DNA of 63,028 bases, counting the filler, from Atractiella rhizophila (Eukaryota): assembly GCA_021432655.1 (NCBI GenBank). It is 24 parts of 24 records of this genome, joined end to end, with 100 filler letters (N's around TTAATTAATTAA, not from the genome) between each part and the next. Parts side by side here need not be neighbours in the genome. Positions count along the whole stretch, not along the records: positions 60,547 to 63,028 come from MU272678.1; 23 more parts are not named here. One strand, given 5' to 3'. Each line of letters starts with the position of its first letter. Within the stretch, counting starts at the first letter, position 1. A model generated the notes under the pieces. That model ran no database searches. It saw only the letters and a list, made by a program, of their open reading frames with translations, and was not told the origin of the DNA. A program made the position numbers and the translations under genes. This document shows, one piece after another, positions 62,330-63,028 of the stretch.

Positions 62330-63028
62330 AAGGGACACAATACTGTAGCCACGACGGTCCTGAATGAGACCCTCCAATTTCGATCGGATCGAACAAAGTC
62401 CCTTTCAACAGGCCAAAATGTCCAAATCAGCTGCAAGATCATGAGAATCTGCATGGATTGCCTAAACAGCAGTAAGCAAACTAGACCTCACCAGACGGCT
62501 GAAGCAGCAACGGGACAAAATGTAGCAACCGGCTAGTCCTTTCCATGCGTTCATCTTGCAAGCGCTTATCTCGTGGACATGTGCAGAGGTTTCTACGCTA
62601 TCTTCATGCGAGAAGAGGACATCGAGAAGACAGCTTTCTATGCTCCTGGAAGAGGACTGTTCGCTTTCAAAGTAATGGCATTAGGACTCACCAGATCCCC
62701 TGGCACATACTGGGAAAGGATGGATTGCGTGTTTGGAGATCTATGCCAGAAACACAGAGGGCGGCTAGGTTGGTGGGTTGACGATGTGCTTGGAGGAGAA
62801 AGACTTTCGACAAGACAATCTTGCTCTTCAGAAAAGTCCTCCAACGATGCCGAGCAGCGAAATTATCCATCACAGGGACGAAAGGACAATTTTTTTGTCT
62901 CTCGAGTACGATGGTGCGGGGTCGTAGTGGCAAAAGATGGAGTGAAGGCAGACACAAGCAAGATCGATGCTATCATGAGTATGCCAGAGCCGACAAACCC
63001 AGCTGAAATGCTCAGGTTCCTCATCCTC
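62330..63028 (+). mobile_element. Ty3/gypsy reverse-transcriptase remnant (frameshifted, truncated)
   Basis: RICMD, DMCRGFYAI..EEDIEKTAF..GLFAFKVMALGL..SPGT, WVDD, KVLQRCR..KLSI..TK, GVKAD.SKIDAI...P.P. Confidence 0.9.

Overview
This is not one locus. It is 24 unrelated short contigs (2568 down to 2482 bp, in non-increasing length order) joined by 23 identical 100-bp artificial linkers (44 N + TTAATTAATTAA + 44 N), so gene neighbourhoods mean something only inside a contig. The DNA is from an intron-rich fungus, most likely a basidiomycete: many ~45-65 nt GT-AG introns with CTRAC-type branch points, and basidiomycete-type gene families. Recognisable genes, mostly truncated by contig ends: AA7/BBE flavin oxidase, a frameshifted GMC alcohol-oxidase-like pseudogene, ATP synthase subunit e, a divergent Sin3, DUF4246, a MATH-BTB protein, eIF6, a vWA protein, a DUF6534-like membrane protein, a DHA1 MFS transporter, an Fmp52-like Rossmann protein, Nup84, an amidohydrolase, biotin synthase, alanine-glyoxylate aminotransferase, peroxisomal enoyl-CoA isomerase, P450nor (CYP55), glutaredoxin, SRR1, EFM4, MOCS2A, a REase-like/kinase fusion and a PlsB-type acyltransferase. 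There are also decayed Ty1/copia and Ty3/gypsy elements. The most notable signals are: an unassigned, heavily base-paired ~400-nt intergenic RNA candidate (59751-60144); a second structured segment (39741-39990); P450nor in an apparent basidiomycete; two introns more than 10x longer than usual (ECI1, EFM4); and the REase-like/kinase fusion. All identifications were made by eye from motifs; no database search or folding program was run.
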